Source: Antedon mediterranea (taxonomy: Eukaryota; Animalia; Echinodermata). From it: a stretch of 64,000 bases of DNA. The notes under the pieces were generated by a model. It did not search any database. It worked only from the letters and a program-made list of their open reading frames with translations, and was not told where the DNA came from. Where the stretch lies: NCBI RefSeq assembly GCF_964355755.1, contig NC_092678.1, forward strand, positions 1,194,422 through 1,258,421. The letters run 5' to 3'. Below, in pieces: positions 36,301 to 48,459 of the stretch (positions are counted from its first letter, which is position 1; each line of letters starts with the position of its first letter). Position numbers and translations under genes: made by a program.

Positions 36301-38262
36301 ATGTTTCTTTTAAACGATTACCAGATTAAAATAAATAGACCTACAAGTAAGGTAGCCAATACAATGAATATTTATAATTTCATTTTTATAAGTTATTTAT
36401 TTAAAGGTATAAAAAGAGTATCTCCAAAAGAAAAATTCTAATCTCTGAAAAGATAAAAATACATTTGATTAACCTGAAAAGAATAAATATTGTTAGTCAC
36501 AGATTATGATAACTGGTTTGGGTTGGAAATTATGAAATATAATTAATTTTATTTGCACCATCATTAAATTGATTTAGGCCTACGTAAATAGAAATAATAC
36601 AAAAAATGGGCCCAGTTATGTTTCTTTTAAACGGTTACCGATTATTAAAATAAAGAGGCCTACAAGTAAGGTAACCGATACTACATGACAATTGTAAATT
36701 TATAATAGCGTTTTTATATGTTATTTATTAGAAGATAAAAAAAGAAAATCTCTAAAAGCAAAACTCCAATCTCTGAAAAGATAAAAATACATTTGATTAA
36801 CATGAAATAGAATAGTTGCACATTTATGGGAACTGGTTGGGGTTGAAAATAATTAATTTCTACGTAAATGGAAATAATATTTTTATGGTACAATCGAAAT
36901 GGGTCCATGATAGTTATGTTTTGTATTTAAATAGTTACCGTTTATTAAAATAAATAGACCTACAAGTAAGGTGAGTAAGTGAGAATTTATAACTTCGTGT
37001 TTATAAGTTATTTATTTAAAGGTATGAAAAGAAAATCTCTAAAAGAAATATAGAAATACTCCAATCTCTGCAAAGATAAAAATACATTTGATTAACCTGA
37101 AAAAAAAATTGTTAGGTGGGTCCAGTTGTTTCTTTTAAACGGTTACCAGGTTAAAATAAATAGGCCTACAAATAAGGTAACCAATACTAAGTTATTTATT
37201 GAAAAATATAAAAAGAAAATCCCCAAAGAAAAACTTCATTATCTGAAAAGATAAAAATATATTTGATTAACCTGAAAAAGAATAACTATTGTTAGTCGCG
37301 CATTATGGTATTAACTGGTTTGTGTTGAAATAAAATTAATTTTATTTAAATATCGTTGCACATTATGATAACTGGTTTAGGTTGGAAATTATGAAATAGA
37401 ATTAATTTTATTTACACTATTATCAGATGGATTTAGGCCTACGTAAATACTAATAATATGAATGGTACAATCAAAATGGGTGTTCCTTTTAAACGGTTAC
37501 CAGTTATTAAAATAAATAGGCCTACAAGTAAGGTAACCAATACTGTACTACATGACAATTGTGAATGAATGAATGAATTGTAAATTTATAATAGTGTTTT
37601 TATAAGTTATTTATTGAAAAATAAAAAAGAGAATTAACTTTATTTACACCATCATCAAATGAATTTAGGCCTACGTAATTGGAAATAACATTTATGGTAC
37701 GACTAAAATAGGTGCTTCTTTTAAATGGTTACCAGTTATTAAAATAAATAGGCCTACAACTAAGGTAACCAATACTAAGTTATTTATGACAAATATAAAA
37801 AGAAAATCTCCAAAACAAAATAGAAAAATTCCAATCTCTGAAAAGATAAAAATACATTTGATTAACCTGAAAAAGAATAAATATTGTTAGTTGCACATTA
37901 TGATATTAACTGGGTTGGATTGGAAATTATGGAATAGAATTCATTTTATTTATACCATCATCAAATGGATTTAGGCCTACGTAAATGGAAATAATATTGA
38001 TGGTACAATCAAAATGGGTGTTTCTTTTAAACGGATACCAGTTATTAAATAAATAGGCCTACAAGTATGAAAAAAGATTAAAATTATTAGTTGCACATTA
38101 TGATATTAACTGGGTTGGGTTGGGTTGGAAATTAAGAAATAGAATTTATTTTATTTGCACCATCATCAAATGGATTTAGGCCTACGTAGAATTTCGTCAT
38201 TAAATGGAAATAATATTTGTATGGTCCAGTTACGTTTATTTTAAACGATTACCAGTTATTAA

Positions 38263-38372
38263 TACAAGGTCATATACATGGTTACAGCCGCGTGCTCAGG
38301 TTAGTGTTTACCGACCGACCGACCGACCGACCGACCGACATAGTGAGATGTAGAGTCGCGTTGCAAGCGACT
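38263..38372 (-). mobile_element. Minimal Helentron/DINE-1-like element (110 bp)
   Basis: Palindrome AGTCGC GTTGCAA GCGACT at one end, (CCGA)n core, ACAAGG end; inserted in the satellite A-run (CCAGTTATTAA^AATAAATAG) without TSD. Confidence 0.75.
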
Positions 38373-38687
38373 AATAAATAGACCTGCAAGTAAAGTAACG
38401 CAATACTAACTTTATAAATGCGTTTTTATAATAGTTATTTATCGAAAGATATTGAAAGAAAATCACGTAAAATCGATAAAACATAAATACCTTACCTCGA
38501 CATTATCGTGTTTTAGTCTTTGTATCGTTTATGCTGTACAGTATTACGATGACGTAGACTACGATGACCTACGATGACGTAGACTACGTTGATAATCATT
38601 CACAAACAAGAATAATATAATCATTCAATGTAGCAGGTTAATATTTTTTTTTAATTTACGCTAAAAAATGATCATTTATTTATATTG

Positions 38688-38907
38688 ATGGCTTCCGTAC
38701 CCCTCTGAGTTTGTTAATAATTATTATATTATGTAAAAATGTGAATAAAAAGAATGAACGCGCGCGGTGCACCTCTTCTGAACCTGAAAAACAAACCAAT
38801 ATTATTAGATGACGTCATGATTGATGAAAGTTAGGCCGGCTATTACTTTGTAGGTTATGGTAATGTGAACTAAATGATTGGAAAATCTAAAAGGGTACGG
38901 AAGCCAT
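38688..38907. mobile_element. Possible MITE / inverted-repeat element
   Basis: ATGGCTTCCGTACCC (38688-38702) inverted at 38893-38907; TSD not resolved. Confidence 0.5.
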
Positions 38908-40514
38908 TCAAGCCACGCTGCGTTTATATTTTCAGTTTTTAAAAGTTACAAAGTCTAAATTTGCTAAAGAAAAAAAAATTATCTTCAATCTCTGGAAAGA
39001 CAAAAATACATTGATTACCCTTAAAAAGAATATTTATTGTTAATGTATCGTCCATGTGTGACTGTGGCTTAAGAATTACTGGAAAAATAGATTTACTTAA
39101 AATATAAATAATGTTTAAATAGGCCTACATGTAATTTGGTAATTTTTTCTCAAACTAGTTTGATAATGTAGTAGAGTAATTCTTTCTATTTTGGTACGAT
39201 GAGCGAAAATTGATAATTATTCGCCTCTTGGATTAAATGGTGGTTAAAATGGCGTCTACATTTTCCACCATTTCATTCGATATACAACTTTTATAATAAG
39301 ATATCAAATAACTGGAATTGTATTGGGAAACGTGTCCTTGTTGGCTTAGGCCCTTACATGTCAACAATAACCGCCGACGACGACGGGAGACCAGAAAGAG
39401 TGTATTCCAAAACAAGCAATAGGTCTAGCTACTGGTAGTGTAGACTATTAGTAATAGAGGTGGTTAGAGGCTTCAATATATTCTTAATTCGATTCAGGGA
39501 GTGAATATAGACTATTAAATTAAAAAGTGAATTATTTAGATTAATATAATTTATCAAAATGTACAAAATGATGTTCTGTTACTTACTGCACTGCAAAACC
39601 CGTTCCGCTAAACCGGTAAAGACGTGCAGGTGCACGTCACGCGGCCTTTCAAAAACTGAATTGTTAACGATTTCATTGGATCCTTCGCTAATATATGCAA
39701 CTATTTTAATTGTGCGGCATATTTGTTTGCAAGGTTCGAGTGTGTGTTGTGTTTTTAACGAACGACCATTTTATATATTATCCATTACCACTTACTTCAA
39801 CTAATTTGTCCTATTAGAAGAGGCGCCTAAATCCCATGGAAATCACGCTGGCTTATTTTATCTATTTATTAATTGTTTGATAAAACAATCAAATAGTAGT
39901 TTTATTGTGGAAAGCAAATGACAATTAATACTCAGTTTTATCAAAACTGGTTGAATTGATGATAAATGGAACATCCAATCTCTCTTCCAGGCGTATTTTC
40001 TTCCGTAATAAATAATTGAATAAATACAGTATTTGGGCTTTTTAGAAGTCAGGCCTACATAAACACATTATACAAAATAAACTGTATTACTTTTTAATGG
40101 TTTGCATGCATGGCGTAAGAAATGTTGAAGTTTGCGTATACGTACCGTCTCACACAAAGCATAATATTGAACGAAACGTCGAGAAACTCAACAGTTCTTT
40201 TCAGAAACTTTATATTAACGGTTTGTGTGAATAATAATATAGACTTCCTGCTGTTCACTATCAAGTTTTACTTCTTTAGAAAACAGAGACGTCATTTTGG
40301 AGGTTTAGTGGTAGCCTAACGGTGTTTTTTTAGGGTGCAGTTTCATCATACAACGATTTTTTTCAACCATTTGAACATCTAGCCTTAATGTTTGGAATAA
40401 TATTAATACCACCTTTTAATATTTCTTTAATAAAAAGGTTCATCTGGATCTCTGTATAGTATGCAAATAATTTCTTCTTTTGGATAACCCAGGGTATAAA
40501 ACCGTGAAACTTTT

Positions 40515-40557
40515 ACTCTAGCTTTCGCTGGTTCAACGACGCAGCTTAATCATGAGT
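40515..40557 (-). ncRNA. Minimal type-I hammerhead ribozyme motif (Penelope-like element end)
   Basis: Minus strand ACUC-AUGAUUA-A-GCUG(CGUCGUUGAAC)CAGC-GAAA-GC-UA-GAGU: helix I ACUC/GAGU, helix II GCUG/CAGC, palindromic AGCU helix III, CUA cleavage triplet. Confidence 0.7.
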
Positions 40558-42977
40558 GAGTGAGTGAGTCTATGTGACTTGGAATTGAAATGAGATCTCG
40601 TATTTGGTATAGCGCCGTCTATGGAACATTCATGTATACCCAAATGGGATTGTCGGGGTCTCCTCTTTATTAATATTTCACCTATTTGATCGGTTTTGGA
40701 GTTCTATAGGAAAGCCAAGATTATTCTGATGTTTGGTATACGAAATTTGAAAAATATCAATAGCATTTGCTGTGAACATAATGCAGAATAGAAGGAGAGA
40801 ATGTTGAGAACAGAAACCCGTCAGTCTTGGGTCTGGCCTGATTTCGAGGTAGAAAGAAACTGTACAGTTGAAACGGCAGTTATTCATCATTATTTTCTTA
40901 ACTATTAGTTTATGTAACGATGTCATATTTTATCTTCTATTCATGTAGGCATATTCTCATTTAAACATGCATACTGTAACATAATCAAGAATCTCAATGT
41001 GAATGTTTGTCACAAACAACTGACACGGGGAGTTGAGCGAGTCCAATTTGGTTAAAATTTTAGCCTCAGGAGCAAGTCGTTTGTGATTGGTTGTTGTAGC
41101 CGTGGATTGATTCCGCGTTTTTGATTGGTTGTAGCCATGGATTAGCGTTCGCATTTTTGATTGGTTACAAGTATTTTATTTGTCAGACCGTATTTACTTG
41201 AATATAAATGTTATATTTTTTTTCACGCTGCTGCTCTAGCCCGCTACGTCCCATTAGGACTACTCAATCAGAAGCTAAAGCAAGCAGCAGTTATAGTTCT
41301 AAGGACAGACAGTTTTGTGAAAATGGAAACTCCACTATAATTTATTGATTCCAGCTGCTACAGTAGACCCAAAAAACGTCTGGGAAAGAGTCTATTTAGG
41401 ACATGTCATGCTAAAATTACAAATCCCTAAGCATTTCTGGTATATTCACTGTCAGATATTCATTGAATTATTATCGAAACAGTCCATTAAAGTTTGTGTT
41501 TGTAATAGGATACTTCACAATTGAAATATCTAGGGTGATGAAGTGACCCCCAGATTTGACCTTAGCAATAAAATTAACTAAAGTGACAGAAATTGAGTAT
41601 TCACTTCTGTAACAAAAAAATAATATTTATTCACATATAAAAAAGAAAAGAAACCCAAAGTATTAAGTATTTGTTGCTTTAAATTACATTTTTTTCAGGT
41701 AAAATAACTATTCTGTGACAATAAAATGACACATTCAAAAACATTTGAAATAAAAAATATTTTTCAATAAGCGAGCAGCGTTTTTTGTAAGAAATATTTC
41801 TTGTTTAATATCTAGGGAGTATTTATTTAATTATACTTGGTTCTATATTACACCCAAGAAACGCCTCCCCTGAAAACACTTTATAAAACCCTATTATACA
41901 TGAATAATGAAAATCAAGCCAATGACAGTATTAATAATCATTTCAAGTCAAATTGTTAAATCCCTTGGGAGTGGCCATTATATAGATTTTGCAGTGTCAT
42001 TCATGAATTCAAATTAAGTCAGAAGAATTCACAGATTTCATGAAAGCAAACCGTATACTATGGCCGAGCAGAGACATTTTTGCAAACATTTAAATAGGCC
42101 ATTAAGCCACTAATTTTAGTTGAACTTTATTATTTGCATTGAAAGATACCTACAGGAATCTTTAACATTATAATTATGAATGATTGATGCAGCCATAGAA
42201 CTCTAATTACATTTACTATTCATAAAACGGTAAGGAGGAATGCATGTATATATGCATGTTTAATGGCACCTTTGGTGTACCATATGATTCTTTCTCGTCT
42301 GAATAATACTTCTGTTGGAATGTATTGATGAGTTTTACACAGCTCAGACCGTAAAAAAAACACACTACTTTTCATATCATTTATTATTTATACAACAGTT
42401 TAGTTTCAACAACCTAGTTTCAATGTCAATAATACTGTTATTAACACATTGATATACAATATTATTAACAACATCTTCACTCCCTTTTCTGTGTTGTTTT
42501 AGGATATCCCCTGGTTACTAATAGTAGTGTTGATATCCATTAAAATACACTGTATATCTTCTAGATAGATAAAATAGACAAAAATTATTTTGCCTCACAT
42601 TTGAAGTCCTCCGTTCTTTTACCATCATTATAATCAAACCCGTATCAGCAATAATTCATAAAATTTATCAATAATTGTTTACACTCAAATATGAAGGAAA
42701 CGGCCTCATTTAAACAAAAACAATTTCTAATTTTTACAATGACTAAATTTACTACTATTTTTTGTTTTCATCACTATGGTGTTGATAACCTTTAAAAAAT
42801 CTCACCTTACTGGAGCCTCTGGTATTGGCAGATGCATAATAGGATGTGGTGGTAAAAATTAACCCAGCTTGTATATATTACTATTATTACTATTACTATG
42901 AACCTTTAAGGGACAGAAAAAGCTCCCAAATCTCTGTGATCCAATGTGAAATAAATTTCAATGAATGATTTACACTC

Positions 42978-43311
42978 TGAAATTGTATATGTTCCATTCT
43001 TGACAACAGATTGAAATTGTACATGTTCCATTCTTGACAACAGATTGAAATTGTACATGTTCCATTCTTGACAACAGATTGAAATTGTACATGTTCCATT
43101 CTTGACAACAGATTGAAATTGTACATGTTCCATTCTTGACAACAGATTGAAATTGTACATGTTCCATTCTTGACAACAGATTGAAATTGTACATGTTCCA
43201 TTCTTGACAACAGATTGAAATTGTACATGTTCCATTCTTGACAACAGATTGAAATTGTACATGTTCTATTCTTGACAACAGATTGAAATTGTACATGTTC
43301 CATTCTTGACA
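42978..43311. repeat. 34-bp minisatellite, ~10 near-identical units
   Basis: Unit TGAAATTGTACATGTTCCATTCTTGACAACAGAT, no spacers. Confidence 0.95.
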
Positions 43312-45500
43312 AAAGAATACAGTAGAATAAGTCTGCCAGAAGAATTAAAGCCTCAGAAGAACTAAAGCCTCAGAGGAATTAAAGCCTCAGAAGAATTCAA
43401 TTAATTCTCATTTATGTACAGAAGACTAAAAGTAGTATAGTGCCCTCTGTGGCGGTAATGTATTTAATTGGGACCAAGTGAATAGCAGATAATGCTCCAA
43501 AAAAAGCAGTATTATTGCATGGCGGAGGGGTGAGATTGCAATAAATCTACACTAATGCAACAAAATGAGTATGAAAGACCAATCATAAAACTATTTTACA
43601 ACAAAAATAAATACACCGTACGTCATAAATTTTCGTAAATTGTCCAAGCCGAGACTGTGGCATCGTTTACTGCTAAATGGAAGGACAGGCCGACACCAGC
43701 ACCCATTGCAAGAGATCTATTGTAGTATTGATTCAAACAAGGCTGCACTGCTACTCGCCTGAAAAAGCTTTTTAGAAAAAAGGAATGAATGAACCAACAG
43801 TTCAGAAAACTATGACAATAGCAAGTTCTTATGAATTGCGGTGATGCATCAATCTGCTGAAATGTGAACAAGCTGCAGGAGGTGAAAGGAACTTGATCAA
43901 AATGTTCGAAACAAGGACATTTCACAAAAGATATTAAAGTAGGATAGATAATGTGCCATTTTTGGTTTTCGAGACAAAAGGGGGACCACTGTTCGGTAGA
44001 ATGAACTCCACTGATATGAAGGTTTTCAAAATATCATTAGCTGTAAATTCAATTGAAAATGATTTATAAGGTATTTTAACGATCAGCTGAATGTACAGCC
44101 ATGCAGAAGAATTACATATAGTTAAAGGCCGAAGATGCATGACAATATATGCACAAAATTTTAATCGTTTGAGAAAAAAAAAATACATCACAGTCAATTG
44201 CCGGGCCTACGCGTACTCAACCCCCGAATCCGGCCCTGGGACTGGCCAATGGCAAAATACGTCATGACCAGCTCAAAAAGACGACATGAAGGACAATTTA
44301 TTAGAGAAGACACAATTATTACAAGATTTATCAAGTACAATACTGAAATGACAATTATCTCAGGTGAGTACTACGATGAGACTAAAACTGTCCCCTAGGT
44401 GACATATATATAAATAGTCTCTTTAATGGTGATGAGGAATTTACATGGCATGTCAGAAACTGAGAAAAGCTGTTTAGCTTCATGGGAATCATTGTTCTAG
44501 AACTATGATCCCAATCTGTTTGGGAACACCTTGGGGGAACAAATCAGGTTAATCATTCCCACATTTCTCCCAACGGAGAAGATGGATTCATAAGATATGA
44601 TCCTGAATTAGTTAGTCAAATAGCCAAAATAGCATCATTGGATGATATACAGGACATAAAGATGAAGATGAAGTGGACTTTAACTTACTTTGTTCAATGC
44701 TCGAGGTACGGGCCAATGAAAACCAAATGATGGACAGGGAGTTTTACATTCATGATGAGAACAAAATATAATTATGTTGCTAAGTATGTGCAGTGTACTA
44801 TAGAATTCAAAAGAGCCACGAACAAGAAACATATAAAAGTTCAATTTTTGATGCCATTAAGAAAATGAAAACTTTAGTACAAGGCGCTGAAAATGGATAT
44901 GCATTTGAGACTTTGATAGACAATAGTTGCCGGCTTATAGCCATAGGAGCAAAGAAAATACCCTCTTGGCTGGATTAAAGTATCAGGAAGCCACAGTAAA
45001 TATGAAGTTGATACTAACAGTAATGTGGTCACGTATGCACAGCAAGAACCAGATGCGATGATATGGATATCCTTTGTCGAAAATGTCAAAGGTTTTGAAT
45101 GAATTTAACTGTTTGCAAAGGTCACTGAGGTGCAGCTTTTCCAATCAACAGTTAGTTTAGAAAGACCTTTGATCCTTGTAAAGGCGCTATATAAATTGAA
45201 ATGTTAATGTTAATGTTAAAGAAGCGCTCCGAAAAATTGCAGAAGTGATCAATTATCTTAAAACCAAACTTGAGGCCAAGCAGATATGCTAACAGAGAAG
45301 ATCTTTTTTGCTTTCATTGTCTTTCCAACCAATCAGTTGCCTGTAGTGAGGAGTCCATTAAAGAAAGCCAAGTTATCAAAAGAAGATAATGGGTTACATG
45401 TACATGAGATCATTTTCCCTAAAATTTTGACAAATTGATTTTTTTTTTGACCGAAAAAGGAAACAATGTACAGCAGGAAATGATTGTGATATTATTTATA

Positions 45501-45617
45501 TAATGAAAGCATTAATAGGGACAACATCAACATTCACTTAATGAAAGCATTAATAGGGACAACATCAACATTCACTTAATGAAAGCATTAATAGGGACAA
45601 CATCAACATTCACTTAA
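45501..45617. repeat. 38-bp tandem triplication
   Basis: TAATGAAAGCATTAATAGGGACAACATCAACATTCACT x3. Confidence 0.9.
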
Positions 45618-46262
45618 GTTGATGGTAAAATTAATTCTCTGTTTCTTTGTATCTTTTTTATTTTTTTTTAATTAAATATGGTAATAGCCATATTAAATAA
45701 ACCTGAAATTTTTTAAATTACTATTTACAGTTATACCTTTTTTTTTTTAAATTTCATATGGTAATATCGGCTAGTTTCAGAGATTTGAAACAATACCAAG
45801 TTAAAATAAAAGAAGATATTCATTTTGTTTGTGTGTATGTTGGTAGCAATCCCTATTTTCCAAGATCAACATAATTTCCTTGTGTATCAAGTATTAAATA
45901 AAAAATATCGATTAAGTACAAAATGTGGTAAAGACTAGTGTACGTTCTATACAGGGCCATAGCGAGAGGTAAAAAATAGATGAAGCAAAGATGTTTTAAA
46001 TATAATTAGTAATATAAAATTCAAAATTCCAGACAAGCTAACCGCCTCATCTGCCTTGACATAAAGTTTTAGGGTTTGAAATAATGAGCACACTCTACTA
46101 GCGCAGTTGAGATGTTATACAGCATTGTATCAGTCAATGTCACACCGTCACAACTTTGACCTTCAACCTCAACATCATTTCCAACATTTTCTGCAAGTCT
46201 CAGGTTGTGCCTCTAAAAGATAAAACACAAAAACAAAATATTAAGTATTATTAAACGGCGAA

Positions 46263-46494
46263 GCACTAACATATTGATATCAACAAGTAGTTCATACGGG
46301 GGAGCACTAACATATCAATATCAACAAGTAGTTCATACGGGGGAGCACTAACATATTAATATCAACAAGTAGTTCATACGGGGGAGCACTAACATATTAA
46401 TATCAATAAGTAGTTCATACGGGGGAGCACTAACATATTAATATCAACAAGTAGTTCATACGGGGGAGCACTAACATATTAATATCAACAAGTA
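46263..46494. repeat. 41-bp minisatellite (~6 units)
   Basis: GCACTAACATATTAATATCAACAAGTAGTTCATACGGGGGA. Confidence 0.9.
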
Positions 46495-47289
46495 CCACTC
46501 TCTAGCTGGATCCACCCCCTGGAAACAGGAACCATGCAACCCAAGTGCCACTCTCCTGGATCCACCCCCTGGAAACATAATACAACGAAACTGCTTTGTC
46601 ATGCTTAAATCAAAATAATAATTTATTATATTAATTATATTATAATAATAACTTTTCATGTCTGGTTGGGGAATACTACGTACTTGACCTTCTTCATCGG
46701 ACCTTGACCTTTTTACAAAAAATAAAATATGTAAGGCTGAAAAAAAAGTTTTTAAAATGTACCTTTAAACTCAGTAGAGTTGATAAAAGTTTCAAAGTAC
46801 CATCATTGACGTCATAATGCTCAGACTCATCAAATGTGATATATATTGGATCCATTACGTACTTAAATGTAGTTATGTTGTGTACGTAACCATCAAAGAA
46901 CACTTGCATTTCAGCATTGAAGGCTTCATCTTCACCACAACTGGTTGGACAATTTCTAGTAGGTAGCTGTGGCGTCTTTCAAACTACAACTACATTTTGT
47001 TCCATTGTGCAATTCTGCAATTTAAAACATTGTAATATTACAATCATTATCTTAAATGCATCTCATAGGTTGGTGATTATTTTTTAACTAAGCATGCACC
47101 TGATGCACACTTGCTCCGGAATTTTGCATCAAAGCGTCAACATTTTCCTCCTATAATTTTAACTTCTAAGCCGCCACTGGAAATAAACCAAAAGTAATAA
47201 TCGTAGCTTGGAACAGATCTGACAGCGTCTAGGCTTTGATTAGCTTCTACTATTTCATAGATGAAATATCATGAATGCATGTAACTGCA

Positions 47290-48359
47290 GGGTGTCACGA
47301 AAGCTCAGACCACGAAAGCTCAGACCCCCTAAGACCTAAGATCACGAAAGCTAAGACCCAACACCTAAGATTACAAATATTTATCTTTCGCACCTGCCTT
47401 GTATTTTAACTCCCAACATTTATTCTGAATACCACACCTTAGAATTGGCACTTTCATGAAAAAGAATCACATAAAAAGTAACAAATACATTTTTAAATTG
47501 ATGATTTTACAGACGTTTTTCTCGCACACAAAATGACTAGCCTACACCGTACAGTAGGCCTACCCCATGGGCCATGTTCAATGTTTTTGTTTCTATGGAA
47601 CGTCAAAAGAGCAAAAATTATATAGAGGGCTGAAAACTCTGTGGAGTCCATCTACAGTGTGGATGGAACAATGTAAAATTAAAATTGTAATGATAATAGT
47701 ATAATCATGCAAGTACGAAGAAATAAATACTGGCAAATAAATTTTAACTTAAAAGGTTTTTTGTTTCGTTTTCTTTCTGTTTTTATACTTGTACTATTAT
47801 TGTTGCTCTTTTGGCGCTCCATAGAAACAAAAACATTGAGCGGGGAGCTCGAGGAGTTACATTACAGTATACAAAGAAACACGCCTGTAAAATCATCAAT
47901 TTAAAGGATTTATTTATTTGTTATGTGTTTCTCCTTCTGAAAGTACTTATAAGTCCTAATTTTAAAGTGTGGTGTTCAGGATAAAGTTAGTCAACAAATT
48001 ATTTGGAGTCAAAATACAAGAAAGGCAGGTGCGTAAGAAAAACATCCTCTGAAGCAACACAATGGAGTAAATATATACCAACAAACAACCCGTCAAGTTT
48101 GTTTGTTGTAAAGAAAAAATATACATTTACTCAACGGGCGAAAATAATGTGAGTTTATCTATGTTTTGCGGTAGTATTAAATTATATTTATGGTAATAAA
48201 TGAAACCTACTGTGTTTAAAATTATGTATGGATAAACAAGTATTGTTTTTAAGCTGTAGTATATCTTAGTATTTGTAATCTTAGGTGTTGGGTCTTAGCT
48301 TTCGTGATCTTAGGTCTTAGGGGGTCTGAGCTTTCGTGGTCTGAGCTTTCGTGACACCC
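47290..48359. mobile_element. Mutator(MULE)-like non-autonomous foldback transposon (1070 bp)
   Basis: About 90-bp perfect TIRs starting GGGTGTCACGAAAGCTCAGACC; 10-bp TSD TGTAACTGCA (47280-47289 / 48360-48369); degenerate internal inverted arms. Confidence 0.9.
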
Positions 48360-48459
48360 TGTAACTGCATTCTATTTTCCCATAGTGGACAATTAAATGA
48401 ATTTGAAAAAAAGAAGCAAGTTTAAGTTGATGTTGTAGAGAGTGGGAAGTGGTTGTTTT

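Larger units (their letters stand above)
30850..38440. repeat. 339-bp AT-rich satellite (homogeneous 31029-36130, degenerate on both edges)
   Basis: Marker CGAAATGGGTCCAGTTATG at 31029, 31368, 33359, 33699, 34038, 34378, 34717, 35056, 35395, 35734, 36073. Confidence 0.95.
41330..47180 (-). pseudogene. Fragmented plexin-like pseudogene (IPT/TIG exons and cytoplasmic GAP-domain remnants)
   Basis: Minus-strand exon remnants with splice sites: GGLEVKIIGG (~47150), KTPQL..VFFDGY..FKYVMDPIY (46780-47015), HNLRLAE..DVEVEGQSCDGVTLTDT (46100-46212), IPTEVLF.R..TKGAIK (~42270-42325; cf. plexin SEIYLTRLLxTKG), QTLMDCF (~41490; cf. AQTFMDSC); stops and frameshifts. Confidence 0.55.

Noticed and set aside
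42978-43311. CRISPR-like 34-bp repeat (starts TTGAAAT)
   Set aside because: Units are head-to-tail with no unique spacers, there are no cas genes, and the context is eukaryotic.
43438-43456. CTCF-like motifs (also ~5047 and ~40610)
   Set aside because: Short partial matches of the kind common in TE-derived DNA; no independent support.
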